Assembly: GCA_015493225.1 (NCBI GenBank)
Contig: WGDO01000024.1
Location: 1 to 59,857, forward strand
Direction: 5' to 3'
Origin: Patescibacteria group bacterium
Lineage (GTDB): Bacteria > Patescibacteriota > Minisyncoccia > Moranbacterales > DUUL01
DNA: 59,857 nucleotides
Positions 1 to 7,842 of the stretch are shown in pieces. The position numbers were made by a program, and so were the translations under genes. The notes beneath the pieces were generated by a model. The model made no database searches, was not told where the DNA came from, and worked only from the letters and a program-made list of their open reading frames with translations. Every line of letters starts with the position of its first letter. Within the stretch, counting starts at the first letter, position 1.

Positions 1-2
1 GT

Positions 3-167
3 CCTAACTGTCGTCATCACCAAAGATTAAAACATAGAAATCCTCTGAAGCTTTACAAACGAACTTGCATGAAGGAGGGTTGTAATACTGAGTTTGAAAC
101 TACCTATGCTCCAGATAGACCAGAAATAGTTTATTGCGAAAAATGTTATCAGAATGAAGTGGCCTAG
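3..167 (+). CDS. 3' end of an ORF truncated by the window edge; Cys-rich zinc-ribbon-like C-terminus
   Basis: Frame 3 reads PNCRHHQRLKHRNPLKLYKRTCMKEGCNTEFETTYAPDRPEIVYCEKCYQNEVA* and is open to the window edge. Stop TAG at 165-167. CxxC-type Cys pairs present. Confidence 0.4.
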   Translation, partial: PNCRHHQRLKHRNPLKLYKRTCMKEGCNTEFETTYAPDRPEIVYCEKCYQNEVA

Positions 168-220
168 ACCTATTGCCTGTCTGCCGTTAGGCAGGCGAGG
201 AATATTATTAACAAGAAAGT

Positions 221-253
221 GTGTAATTTTGCAATTGGATTGCAAAATTACAC
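221..253. repeat. Perfect 14-bp inverted repeat (gtgtaattttgcaa / ttgcaaaattacac) with a 5-nt loop, upstream of the AAA ATPase gene
   Basis: Read directly. No flanking T-run, so it is not a canonical terminator; a possible operator or RNA hairpin. Confidence 0.8.
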
Positions 254-316
254 GGGGTATGTTATAGTTGATTTAAGGAGTAAGGGAATCTGAGGGTTTA
301 TTTTAGATAAAATACT

Positions 317-1495
317 ATGCAAAAATTTTATAAAAGAGATATTGATAAAAGAGTTAGTAAAGTCTTAAAAGGATTTCCGGTTATTTTTATTACTGGGCCT
401 AGACAGTCTGGAAAAACTACTTATATTAAACATCGTTTTAAAAACTATGAATATTTTAACTTAGAATCTTTTTCTGATTTTGAGTATATTTCTAGTGATC
501 CGGAACATTTTTTCAAAGAACATTCTGAAAATATTATTATTGACGAAGTGCAAAGAATGCCTGAGCTTTTGTCTTATATCCAAGTTCATGTCGATGAGCA
601 ACAAAAAATGGGTTCTATTATTTTATCTGGTTCGCAAAATTTATTAATATCAGAAAAAATTAGTCAATCCTTGGCTGGAAGGGTGGCACATTTGACTTTG
701 CTTCCTTTTAGTTTAAATGAACTTAAAAATGGAAAAATAATTGAGAAAAAATCTTGGAATCAGATTTTAAAAGGTTTTTATCCAGCTTTATATAGTCGTC
801 AAATTCCCATTGATGAATTTTATAATTCTTATCTGACGACTTTCGTTGAGAGAGACATACGATTAATTAAAAATATTGGTGACCTAACACAATTTAAAAA
901 GTTTATGATTTTATTAGCAGGAAGAGTGGGGCAGATTGTTAATATTTCTTCTCTAGCTGATGACACTGGTATTTCTCCCAACACGGCTGAATCGTGGCTT
1001 AGTGTTTTGGAAGCCAGTTATGTGATTTTTCGTTTAACACCGTATTTTAAGAATACTAATAAAAGATTAATTCGTTCTCCAAAAATATTTTTTTATGACA
1101 CTGGTTTACTTTGTTTTTTATTGGGGATTGACTCAGCTAAAGAGTTAGATGCTCATTTTGCTCGGGGAAATATTTTTGAAAATTTAATAATTGCGGATAC
1201 CAGAAAAGACAAAGAGATATTTAGTATTTCTTCCCAGTTATATTTTTATAGAGATTCTCGACACAAAGAAATTGATTTAGTAATTGATTTAGGCGGAGAA
1301 TTTTTATTAATAGAAATAAAATCAGCCAGTAAATTTAGTCAATCATTTTTGAAAAATATTGTTGAAATTCAAGAAAAAGAATTTAAAAATGCCAGTAGTA
1401 TAATTGTTTATAATGGAAGTAGAAAATTAAAATTACAAAAGGCGAATGTTGTGCCGTGGGATAAGCTGGGCGATTTTGCGTGGAATAATTCTTAA
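317..1495 (+). CDS. AAA-family ATPase with DUF4143-type C-terminal domain
   Basis: 392-aa ORF. Walker A GPRQSGKTT, then DEVQ (Walker B-like). The C-terminal half resembles the ATPase/DUF4143 architecture. Confidence 0.85.
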   Translation: MQKFYKRDIDKRVSKVLKGFPVIFITGPRQSGKTTYIKHRFKNYEYFNLESFSDFEYISSDPEHFFKEHSENIIIDEVQRMPELLSYIQVHVDEQQKMGSIILSGSQNLLISEKISQSLAGRVAHLTLLPFSLNELKNGKIIEKKSWNQILKGFYPALYSRQIPIDEFYNSYLTTFVERDIRLIKNIGDLTQFKKFMILLAGRVGQIVNISSLADDTGISPNTAESWLSVLEASYVIFRLTPYFKNTNKRLIRSPKIFFYDTGLLCFLLGIDSAKELDAHFARGNIFENLIIADTRKDKEIFSISSQLYFYRDSRHKEIDLVIDLGGEFLLIEIKSASKFSQSFLKNIVEIQEKEFKNASSIIVYNGSRKLKLQKANVVPWDKLGDFAWNNS

Positions 1496-1510
1496 TTTCT
1501 ATCTTTAAAT

Positions 1511-1536
1511 ATCTACCATCTACCATCTACGATCTA
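1511..1536. repeat. Heptad tandem repeat (ctaccat-type), reverse complement of the tagatgg repeats at 29074-29126
   Basis: atctaccatctaccatctacgatcta, shortly after the stop of the ATPase gene. Confidence 0.7.
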
Positions 1537-1563
1537 ATATACTAATAATCTAATTTCTAAAAA

Positions 1564-2799
1564 ATGAAAAAATTAAAACAACAAGACAAAGCTGTTTATC
1601 AAGCTATCCAAAATGAAAAGAAGAGACAGCAGGAGGGAATGGAATTGATTGCTTCGGAAAATTATGTTTCCGATGCTGTGTTGGAGGCGTTGGGTTCTGT
1701 CTTTACTAATAAATATTCAGAGGGTTATCCGGGAAAAAGATATTATGGAGGGCAGGACTTTACGGATGTGGTGGAGGATTTAGCGATTGAAAGAGCTAAA
1801 AAATTATTCAAAGCTCAGCATGTAAATGTTCAGCCTCATTCTGGGGCGCCGGCCAATATGATTGCTTATAGTGCCTTACTTAAGCCAGGAGATAAAGTAA
1901 TGGGAATGGACTTATCTCACGGAGGACATTTGACTCATGGGCATCCGGTAACTCTTTCGGCTCAAATTTATAATTTTGTTGGTTATAAAACAAATGACCA
2001 GGGAAAAATTGATTATGATGCTTTGGAAAAAATGGCTCGGAAAGAAAAACCAAAATTAATGTTGGCGGGATTTTCCGCCTATAGTCGGAGGATAAATTAT
2101 CGTCGTTTTACACAGATTGCTAAAAAAGTGGGAGCAATTTCTATGATTGACATTGCTCACATTGCTGGGTTGATTGCCGGAAAGGCTTTGGTTAATCCGG
2201 TACCATATTTTGATATTGTGACAACTACTACTCATAAAACTTTACGAGGGCCAAGAGGTGGAATGATAATGTGTAAGAAAAAATACGCTCGGGCGATTGA
2301 TAAGTCTGCTTTTCCTGGTTTTCAAGGTGGGCCTCATATGAATAATATTGCGGCGAAGGCAGTGGCTTTTGGCGAGGCTTTAGAACCTTCATTTAAAAAA
2401 TACGCTGAGCAGATTTTAAAGAATTCTAAGGTTTTGGAGATGGAGTTGAAAAAGTATAATTTTAAAATTGTTTTTGGTAAGACAGAAAATCATATGGTTT
2501 TGGTAGATGTTTTTGGTAGCAAGGGAGTTACTGGTAAGGAATTGGAAGTAGCCTTGGATAAAGTTGGCATCACCTTAAATAAAAATGTTATTCCCGATGA
2601 TCCTCGTTCACCATTTGATCCTAGTGGGGTGCGAATTGGAGTGCCGGCAGTAACAACTCGGGGAATGAAAGAGAAGGATATTGTAAAAATCGTTGGGTGG
2701 ATAAATGAGGTGACGGAAAATATTAATGATGATAAAGTGCTGAAAGGAATTAGGAAAGAGGTGATTGGGTTTTGTAAAGGATTTCCGTTGCATAAATAG
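1564..2799 (+). CDS. glyA: Serine hydroxymethyltransferase
   Basis: 411 aa. Motifs ELIASENY, YSEGYPGKRYYGG and TTTTHKTLRGPRGG (PLP-Lys region). Confidence 0.97.
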   Translation: MKKLKQQDKAVYQAIQNEKKRQQEGMELIASENYVSDAVLEALGSVFTNKYSEGYPGKRYYGGQDFTDVVEDLAIERAKKLFKAQHVNVQPHSGAPANMIAYSALLKPGDKVMGMDLSHGGHLTHGHPVTLSAQIYNFVGYKTNDQGKIDYDALEKMARKEKPKLMLAGFSAYSRRINYRRFTQIAKKVGAISMIDIAHIAGLIAGKALVNPVPYFDIVTTTTHKTLRGPRGGMIMCKKKYARAIDKSAFPGFQGGPHMNNIAAKAVAFGEALEPSFKKYAEQILKNSKVLEMELKKYNFKIVFGKTENHMVLVDVFGSKGVTGKELEVALDKVGITLNKNVIPDDPRSPFDPSGVRIGVPAVTTRGMKEKDIVKIVGWINEVTENINDDKVLKGIRKEVIGFCKGFPLHK

Positions 2800-2814
2800 A
2801 CCCTGTGAAAATTA

Positions 2815-2921
2815 TGGTCCCTACGAAAGTACAAATTAGTTACGAATTTACCGCCCCTACAAATCTACAAATCAACTACAAATTTACAAATGTATTTATC
2901 TCCCGTTTAGGGATGACAAAT
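2815..2921. repeat. Intergenic word repeat: tggtccctacgaaa, then tacaaat-type heptads, then a conserved 29-mer tatttatctcccgtttagggatgacaaat
   Basis: The 29-mer at 2893-2921 is identical to 46586-46614. The 14-mer at 2815-2828 is identical to 46571-46584. Confidence 0.75.
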
Positions 2922-3041
2922 TAAGCTTGAAGAGATTGAATCTCGGCGGAGTTGGAGGGAAGCGGAAATAAGGAGGAAATTAAATCTTGGCAAGCGGTGA
3001 ACCATAAATAGTGAGTAGTTAAATTATTACAATATAAAATT

Positions 3042-3641
3042 ATGAAAAAGATATTTGAGGAAATTTGGAAGTTGGCTTTGCCTTATCAGGACAAAAGAGA
3101 TGATAAGGGGCACGCAGAGATTACAACAAATTATGCAGTTCAATTATTGAAGTTGGAGAAAGCCAATGAAGACGTTGTCGTTCCGGCAATTATTTTACAT
3201 GATACTGGCTGGAGTCAATTGTCATCAAAAGACAGAATGCTCATATTTAATCATCAAGCGACCAAGAAGCAAAAGCTGACAGTGCGATATAAACATCAAG
3301 ATGCTGGTGTTAAAATAGGAAGAGAAATTTTAGAAAAGGTTAATTATCCATCAGAATTAATACCGGAAATTTTAGAAATAATTTCTCAGCATGATACTCG
3401 GAAGGATTTTATTTCTTCTGAGGATGGTTTAGTTAGAGACGCTGATAAATTGTGGCGATTTTCGAAAACAGGTTTTGATGCTGATATAATTCGTAATAGA
3501 TTTGATTTTTGGGGATTGTATGATAAATTGAAAGAGCATAGAATTGAAAAGGATGGATTTTTTTATTTTAAACAAGCAAAAAAACTTGCTTATAAAGAAC
3601 TAGAAAAACGAAAAAAGGAATATTTAAGAGAAACTAATTGA
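3042..3641 (+). CDS. HD-domain phosphohydrolase
   Basis: 199 aa. HD motif in AIILHDTGW, then a later QHD...RDADKL pattern typical of HD superfamily metal ligands. Confidence 0.8.
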   Translation: MKKIFEEIWKLALPYQDKRDDKGHAEITTNYAVQLLKLEKANEDVVVPAIILHDTGWSQLSSKDRMLIFNHQATKKQKLTVRYKHQDAGVKIGREILEKVNYPSELIPEILEIISQHDTRKDFISSEDGLVRDADKLWRFSKTGFDADIIRNRFDFWGLYDKLKEHRIEKDGFFYFKQAKKLAYKELEKRKKEYLRETN

Positions 3642-3968
3642 TTAATCAAAAAGAATTCCCCATTAGCTTGCTGCGGGGTAGTTCATTCTTGGCAAGCGTT
3701 AGTTGGTGGCGGGAGAGAAATATCAACATTTTAATTTCTAGATAAAATAATATGTTAATTAAAAAGCAAGAAGCAAAAAAGGTATCTAATTCTGACGATC
3801 CGGAGCAACATATTATTGTTGATTGATGAATTTGTGTAGCGGTCAATTTTAATTTACAAGCAATTTTCAATGTTCAAATTTTTGAAAAATTCAAAATTAA
3901 ATATTCAATCAAAATTCAAAATTCAAAATTTAAATTGAGAGATTAAATAGAAAAACTCTCAAAAAAAA

Positions 3969-4065
3969 TCTCATCACTTTTATTTACCAACTGCGTTGTT
4001 AAATAAAAGTGATGAGGAAATTTGACCCCCTTTACCCTGGATCCGCTGGGCCTAGCACAGGGGGG
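3969..4065. mobile_element. Orphan right end of the CCCCCTGTGTAAAGGGGG-TIR family, with a 20-nt insertion splitting the terminal repeat
   Basis: ctcatcacttttatttaccaactgcgttgttaaataaaagtgatgaggaaatttgaccccctttac parallels 31176-31245 of the DUF559 cassette. The end cacaggggg is displaced by the insertion cctggatccgctgggcctag. Confidence 0.6.
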
Positions 4066-4105
4066 TAGTAACGGTATTAAATCTAATAATATAATTAACA
4101 AACAT

Positions 4106-4954
4106 ATGCAAATAATTGATGGACAGCAGATTGCTTTGGAGATAACGCAAAAGATCGCGCGGGATATTTTTGATAATGCTTTGGATAATCGTCCCGGTTT
4201 GGCGATTATTTTGGCCGGGGAGCGGGATGATTCTGCTTTGTATGTGGACATCAAACAACAGCGAGCCAAAGAAGTGGGAATTGATACTCATCTTTATAAA
4301 ATGGAAGAAGGAGAGGGAACGGATGAAGTAGTAGAATTAATTAAACATTTAAACCAAGATTCGGAAATTGATGGAATTTTGGTGCAGTTACCTTTGCCGG
4401 AAAAATTTGATACGGATAAAATCATTGCCACCATTGATCCCAAGAAAGATGTGGATTGTTTTCATCCGGAAAATATTAAAAAAATAGCTGAATATAAAAA
4501 TAATCATTCTGTTTTATTGTCGCCTGTTTATGCAACAGTCTTATTGATGTTAGAAAAAGTTCATTTTGAGTTGATAGACAAAAAAGTAGTTTTGGTAGTA
4601 AATTCGGAAATTTTTGGTAATGGTCTAACAACACTTTTGACTAATGAGGGAGCTGATGTTAAAATAATATTTGGAGATGATGAAAATTTAGCGGAGAAAG
4701 TAAAACAAGCAGACTTATTAATCACAGCAGTAGGCAAAAGGAATTTGATTATGGCGGAAATGATTAAGCCTAATGCGGTGGTAATTGATATTGGTATTAC
4801 AAAAGAAGATGGACAAGTGTATGGAGATGTTGACTTTGAGGAAGTAAAAGAGATGACTCGAGCTATTACACCTGTTCCCGGAGGAGTTGGTCCAGTAACG
4901 GTGGCAAAAGTATTGGAAAATACCTGGCAATTAGCAAAAGAAAAGAATAATTAA
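4106..4954 (+). CDS. folD: Bifunctional methylenetetrahydrofolate dehydrogenase/cyclohydrolase
   Basis: MQIIDGQQIALEI start, LVQLPLP, and PVPGGVGPVTVA near the C-terminus. I trimmed the start from ORF-track 4022 to the ATG at 4106 because 4022-4105 translates the repeat element. Confidence 0.92.
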   Translation: MQIIDGQQIALEITQKIARDIFDNALDNRPGLAIILAGERDDSALYVDIKQQRAKEVGIDTHLYKMEEGEGTDEVVELIKHLNQDSEIDGILVQLPLPEKFDTDKIIATIDPKKDVDCFHPENIKKIAEYKNNHSVLLSPVYATVLLMLEKVHFELIDKKVVLVVNSEIFGNGLTTLLTNEGADVKIIFGDDENLAEKVKQADLLITAVGKRNLIMAEMIKPNAVVIDIGITKEDGQVYGDVDFEEVKEMTRAITPVPGGVGPVTVAKVLENTWQLAKEKNN

Positions 4955-4971
4955 AAATATAAATAGAAGTA

Positions 4972-5289
4972 ATGAATGGAGCTGGAAAAGATTATTTTAA
5001 AGTACACTATACCAAGCGACTTCCAGTCGAAGGTGATTTGGGTGGCGCTAAAGGTGGTAATAAAAAAGACAATAAAATATTAAATAATGAAAGGGATGAT
5101 AAAGTAAATAATAAAAAAGCTAAATTACCCCAGGATGATGATTTTAAATTTGATAAAAAAATAAATGAAGAGAAGTTTCCGAAATTTATTGAGGCAATGT
5201 CTCAAATTCGAGATGAAATAGTAGAAGCTTATCCTTTATTAGTTTTAGGTAATTTAGATGGAAAACAGCGTACACCGGCATTGTTTTAA
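4972..5289 (+). CDS. Hypothetical protein (Lys/Asp-rich)
   Basis: 105-aa ORF in an operon-like position between folD and the sigma factor. No recognisable motif. Confidence 0.4.
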   Translation: MNGAGKDYFKVHYTKRLPVEGDLGGAKGGNKKDNKILNNERDDKVNNKKAKLPQDDDFKFDKKINEEKFPKFIEAMSQIRDEIVEAYPLLVLGNLDGKQRTPALF

Positions 5290-5343
5290 TTATTAAATAA
5301 TTTATCAATAGTTGATAAGAATGGAAAAATAATAAAGGATAAA

Positions 5344-6309
5344 TTGCAGATGATTAAGGGTGACAATGTGGGTGTTGTAGTTGGGGAGTTAAAAAAGATG
5401 ATGTTAAGTGATTATAGGTATTTAGTAAAAATTTTAAAACAATGGGAAAAAGAATTGGATAGTGGTAGGGAAGATTGGTTTATTGAAAATAATATTGATA
5501 TTAATAAGGTCAGGAGCGATGTAAAAAGGTGGTTGGAAGAATTGCAAAAAGTTAATGTTATCAGAAAGGAGTTGATATTAAACAATATGTCGTTGGTAAC
5601 TAAAATTGCTCAATGGCCGAAATATGAGAAAGTTCATTCATTTAATGTTCAGGATATAGTAAATTTTGGTGTAATAGGATTAAATTATGCTGTTAATAAT
5701 TTTTCTCTAGGAAGAGGAATGGCTTTTTCTTCTTATGCTCAGCAATTAATAATAAGTACTATTGATGGGTATGTTTTCCCTGATATTTGGAGAACTGATG
5801 TTGGTAAATTGGCGAAAAGATATATTGAAAAACAAAAAGAATTTGAGTTAAAAAATGGCAGAATGGCTAATGAAATAGAAATGGCAAATATATTAGAGGT
5901 TGAAGTGGAAGAAATTGTAGAGGCGACGTATTTTTTGGAAAGAAATAAACAAGATTATTATTTAGATAATTCTATTGATGGTGAAAAAGATGGGATAACA
6001 TTTAAAGATTTTTTAACTATTGGAAATAACGATGTTCCAGAATATTTAGTTGATAAAAAATTATCAAAAGAATTATTTTGGAAATTGGCTGGAGAAATTT
6101 TAGGTGAAAATTCACGTGAGCTTAGATTGCTCAAGAGAAGAAACTTAAATGACAAGACGTTGGAAGAATTAAGAGAAGAAATGACGATTGATAAAAATAA
6201 AAAGCCCATTAGTAGAGAAAGGGTTCGTCAAATAGAAAAAAAGGCGAAAAATGAATTAAGGCAAGGATTAAAGAATCGAGGATATAAACTTAGTGATTTT
6301 CAGTTCTAA
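5344..6309 (+). CDS. RNA polymerase sigma factor, sigma-70 family
   Basis: Region 2-like FSSYAQQLIISTIDGYV and region 4.2 HTH ISRERVRQIEKKAKNELRQ. The start may be the ATG at 5350 rather than the TTG at 5344. Confidence 0.85.
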   Translation: MQMIKGDNVGVVVGELKKMMLSDYRYLVKILKQWEKELDSGREDWFIENNIDINKVRSDVKRWLEELQKVNVIRKELILNNMSLVTKIAQWPKYEKVHSFNVQDIVNFGVIGLNYAVNNFSLGRGMAFSSYAQQLIISTIDGYVFPDIWRTDVGKLAKRYIEKQKEFELKNGRMANEIEMANILEVEVEEIVEATYFLERNKQDYYLDNSIDGEKDGITFKDFLTIGNNDVPEYLVDKKLSKELFWKLAGEILGENSRELRLLKRRNLNDKTLEELREEMTIDKNKKPISRERVRQIEKKAKNELRQGLKNRGYKLSDFQF

Positions 6310-6353
6310 ATTTAGTAAAATTTTAAAATTAATTAATAAATAATAATAAAAAT

Positions 6354-6809
6354 ATGTTAGGATTTTTTAAGAAAAAAAAGAAGGAGGATGAGGTAGTAAA
6401 AGAGGAGGATAAAAATCAAGAAGAAAATGATGAAAAACAGGCTGTGGTAAATTCCCAGAGTGATAATCAGCAGTCTGATGACAGTCAGTCTGATGATGAC
6501 ACAAAGGCGAGTAAAAATGATATGATGTCGGCGGCGATGGCCGGAATGATGGGTGGCGGTGGAGATATTACCGAGATGTTGAAAAATATAGACACCAAGG
6601 GGATGTCTTTAAAAGAAAAAATGGGTTTAAAGATGCTACAAAAAATGCCAAAGAAAAAACAAGAAGAGGTTATGAGACAAGCTCTAAATCCTCAGGAGCT
6701 TTATAAACATAAAGATAAGGTTTTAAAACAGATTGAGGAGATGGTGGCTTCTGGGCAGATTGACAAGGGACAGGCGGAGGCGGTGAAGGCACAGATGGGA
6801 TTACGTTAG
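6354..6809 (+). CDS. Hypothetical protein (acidic, low-complexity N-terminus, Met/Gly-rich centre)
   Basis: 151-aa ORF followed by strong terminators. No recognisable domain. Confidence 0.5.
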   Translation: MLGFFKKKKKEDEVVKEEDKNQEENDEKQAVVNSQSDNQQSDDSQSDDDTKASKNDMMSAAMAGMMGGGGDITEMLKNIDTKGMSLKEKMGLKMLQKMPKKKQEEVMRQALNPQELYKHKDKVLKQIEEMVASGQIDKGQAEAVKAQMGLR

Positions 6810-6916
6810 TTGAAAGTCGTAAAGTCGAAAGTTATAGAGTCGAAAGCTAAAAAGTAAAAATGAAATTTAAATAGCTGAGAATTTATGAATTTGGAGCTTG
6901 GAATTTAGAACTGTTG

Positions 6917-6941
6917 AAGCGCGGCGAAGCCGCGCTTTTTT
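6917..6941 (+). terminator. Rho-independent terminator
   Basis: aagcgcggc-gaa-gccgcgctt followed by tttttt. Confidence 0.85.
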
Positions 6942-7020
6942 ACTTGTTGGGAATTGTTTTTAAAAATAATAGATTGTTTTTTGCCTGTGGATAACTTTTT
7001 GGTTAGTCTGGGATTGGTTT

Positions 7021-7049
7021 AAAAAACAGCTTAGTTGAGCTGTTTTTTG
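7021..7049 (+). terminator. Rho-independent terminator (second in tandem)
   Basis: aaaaaacagct-tagttg-agctgtttttt. Confidence 0.7.
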
Positions 7050-7073
7050 TTGTTTTAAAAGGATGGGGTAAAA

Positions 7074-7138
7074 GTGTTTTTAAGTGTTGACGGGTGTTGC
7101 GTGGTGGGGTATAATGTAAGGGAAGTGGTGAAATGTGG
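7074..7138 (+). promoter_or_regulatory. Helically phased GTG[T/G] box array; candidate MraZ operator
   Basis: GTGT or GTGG begins at 7074, 7084, 7094, 7104, 7125 and 7135, a 10-bp period. The 7114-7116 slot is degenerate. The array overlaps the promoter. Confidence 0.55.
7087..7115 (+). promoter_or_regulatory. Sigma-70-type promoter of the mraZ/dcw operon
   Basis: TTGACG (7087-7092), 17-bp spacer, TATAAT (7110-7115). Confidence 0.75.
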
Positions 7139-7252
7139 GGAACGTTTTAAATTTTAATTTGTCAGCCCAAGGCTGATCCGCCTAGGGCGGATAAATTTGA
7201 GTAGTCTGTGTGGTCAGCGTTAAGTCAGCGTTGGTCCGCGTCACAAAGTGAA

Positions 7253-7687
7253 ATGTTTATCGGAGAATATCAACATATTTTAGACCAGAAAAAGAGGGTG
7301 GCAGTGCCGGCTAAATTTAGAACTAAATTTAAAAAAGGAATTATTATTACTAGGGGACTGGATGGCTGTTTATTTATTTACACTTCGGAAGAATGGAGTA
7401 AAATTGCTGAGAAGTTAGGTTCGATGCCAGTAGGAGAAAAAGGAACGAGAAGTTTTATTAGGATGGTTTTGGCGGGAGCAACGGATGGCAAATTGGATTC
7501 TCAGGGAAGAGTATTGATCCCAGACTATTTAAAAGAATATGCTGGATTAAAAAAAGACGTGACAATTGCTGGATTGTTTAATAGATTGGAAGTTTGGAAT
7601 ACTAAGGTTTGGGAAAAATATAAGAAAGGAGCAGAAAAGAATCAGGATGAGGTGGCGGAGCAGTTGGGACGATTAGGGATGTATTAA
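7253..7687 (+). CDS. mraZ: Transcriptional regulator MraZ
   Basis: MFIGEYQHILDQKKRVAVPAKFR and a second SpoVT/AbrB-like half DSQGRVLIPDYL. The ATG at 7253 is preferred over the ORF-track GTG at 7208. Confidence 0.9.
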   Translation: MFIGEYQHILDQKKRVAVPAKFRTKFKKGIIITRGLDGCLFIYTSEEWSKIAEKLGSMPVGEKGTRSFIRMVLAGATDGKLDSQGRVLIPDYLKEYAGLKKDVTIAGLFNRLEVWNTKVWEKYKKGAEKNQDEVAEQLGRLGMY

Positions 7688-7688
7688 T

Positions 7689-7731
7689 TAATTTTAAGTT
7701 TTAAATTTTAAGTTTTAAATGAATTTTAAAT
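7689..7731. repeat. AT-rich word repeat, a near-identical copy of 58880-58922
   Basis: taattttaagttttaaattttaagttttaaatga is identical over 34 bp and continues with 1 mismatch. It starts 2 nt after the mraZ stop. The 7689-7842 spacer as a whole is an inverted pair of such arrays. Confidence 0.75.
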
Positions 7732-7842
7732 TTTGAATTTTAAAATTGTTAGTTGTTTGTTGTTTGTTTTAAAAATTTAGAATTTGAACAATTAAAATTG
7801 AATTAAAATTTAAAACTTAAAATTTAAAATTGGTTAGATAAT

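Noticed and set aside
27-245. 72-aa minus-strand ORF at the window start
   Set aside because: It overlaps the better-supported plus-strand Cys-rich ORF end (3-167) and the intergenic hairpins. It has no motif and its composition is typical of an antisense shadow.
2490-2834. Antisense ORFs inside glyA (2490-2834 and 2608-2793)
   Set aside because: They lie fully within a confidently identified gene on the other strand, and their translations are low-complexity.
3751-3825. 24-codon ORF MLIKKQEAKKVSNSDDPEQHIIVD* in the HD-folD spacer as a gene or pseudogene remnant
   Set aside because: It is too short to evaluate and has no frame continuation. I noted it only as a possible decayed gene start.
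3943-4291. Minus-strand ORFs 3943-4269 and 4052-4291, and the 4022-4105 N-terminal extension of folD
   Set aside because: These translate the repeat-element end and the antisense of folD. The FolD homology begins at the ATG at 4106.
6986-6994. Perfect DnaA-box 9-mers (tgtggataa = TTATCCACA) at 6986-6994 and 15476-15484 as a replication origin
   Set aside because: These are two isolated boxes 8.5 kb apart. There is no cluster, no adjacent dnaA or dnaN, and no AT-rich unwinding-element arrangement. Both follow the recurrent word tagattg and may simply belong to the repeat vocabulary.
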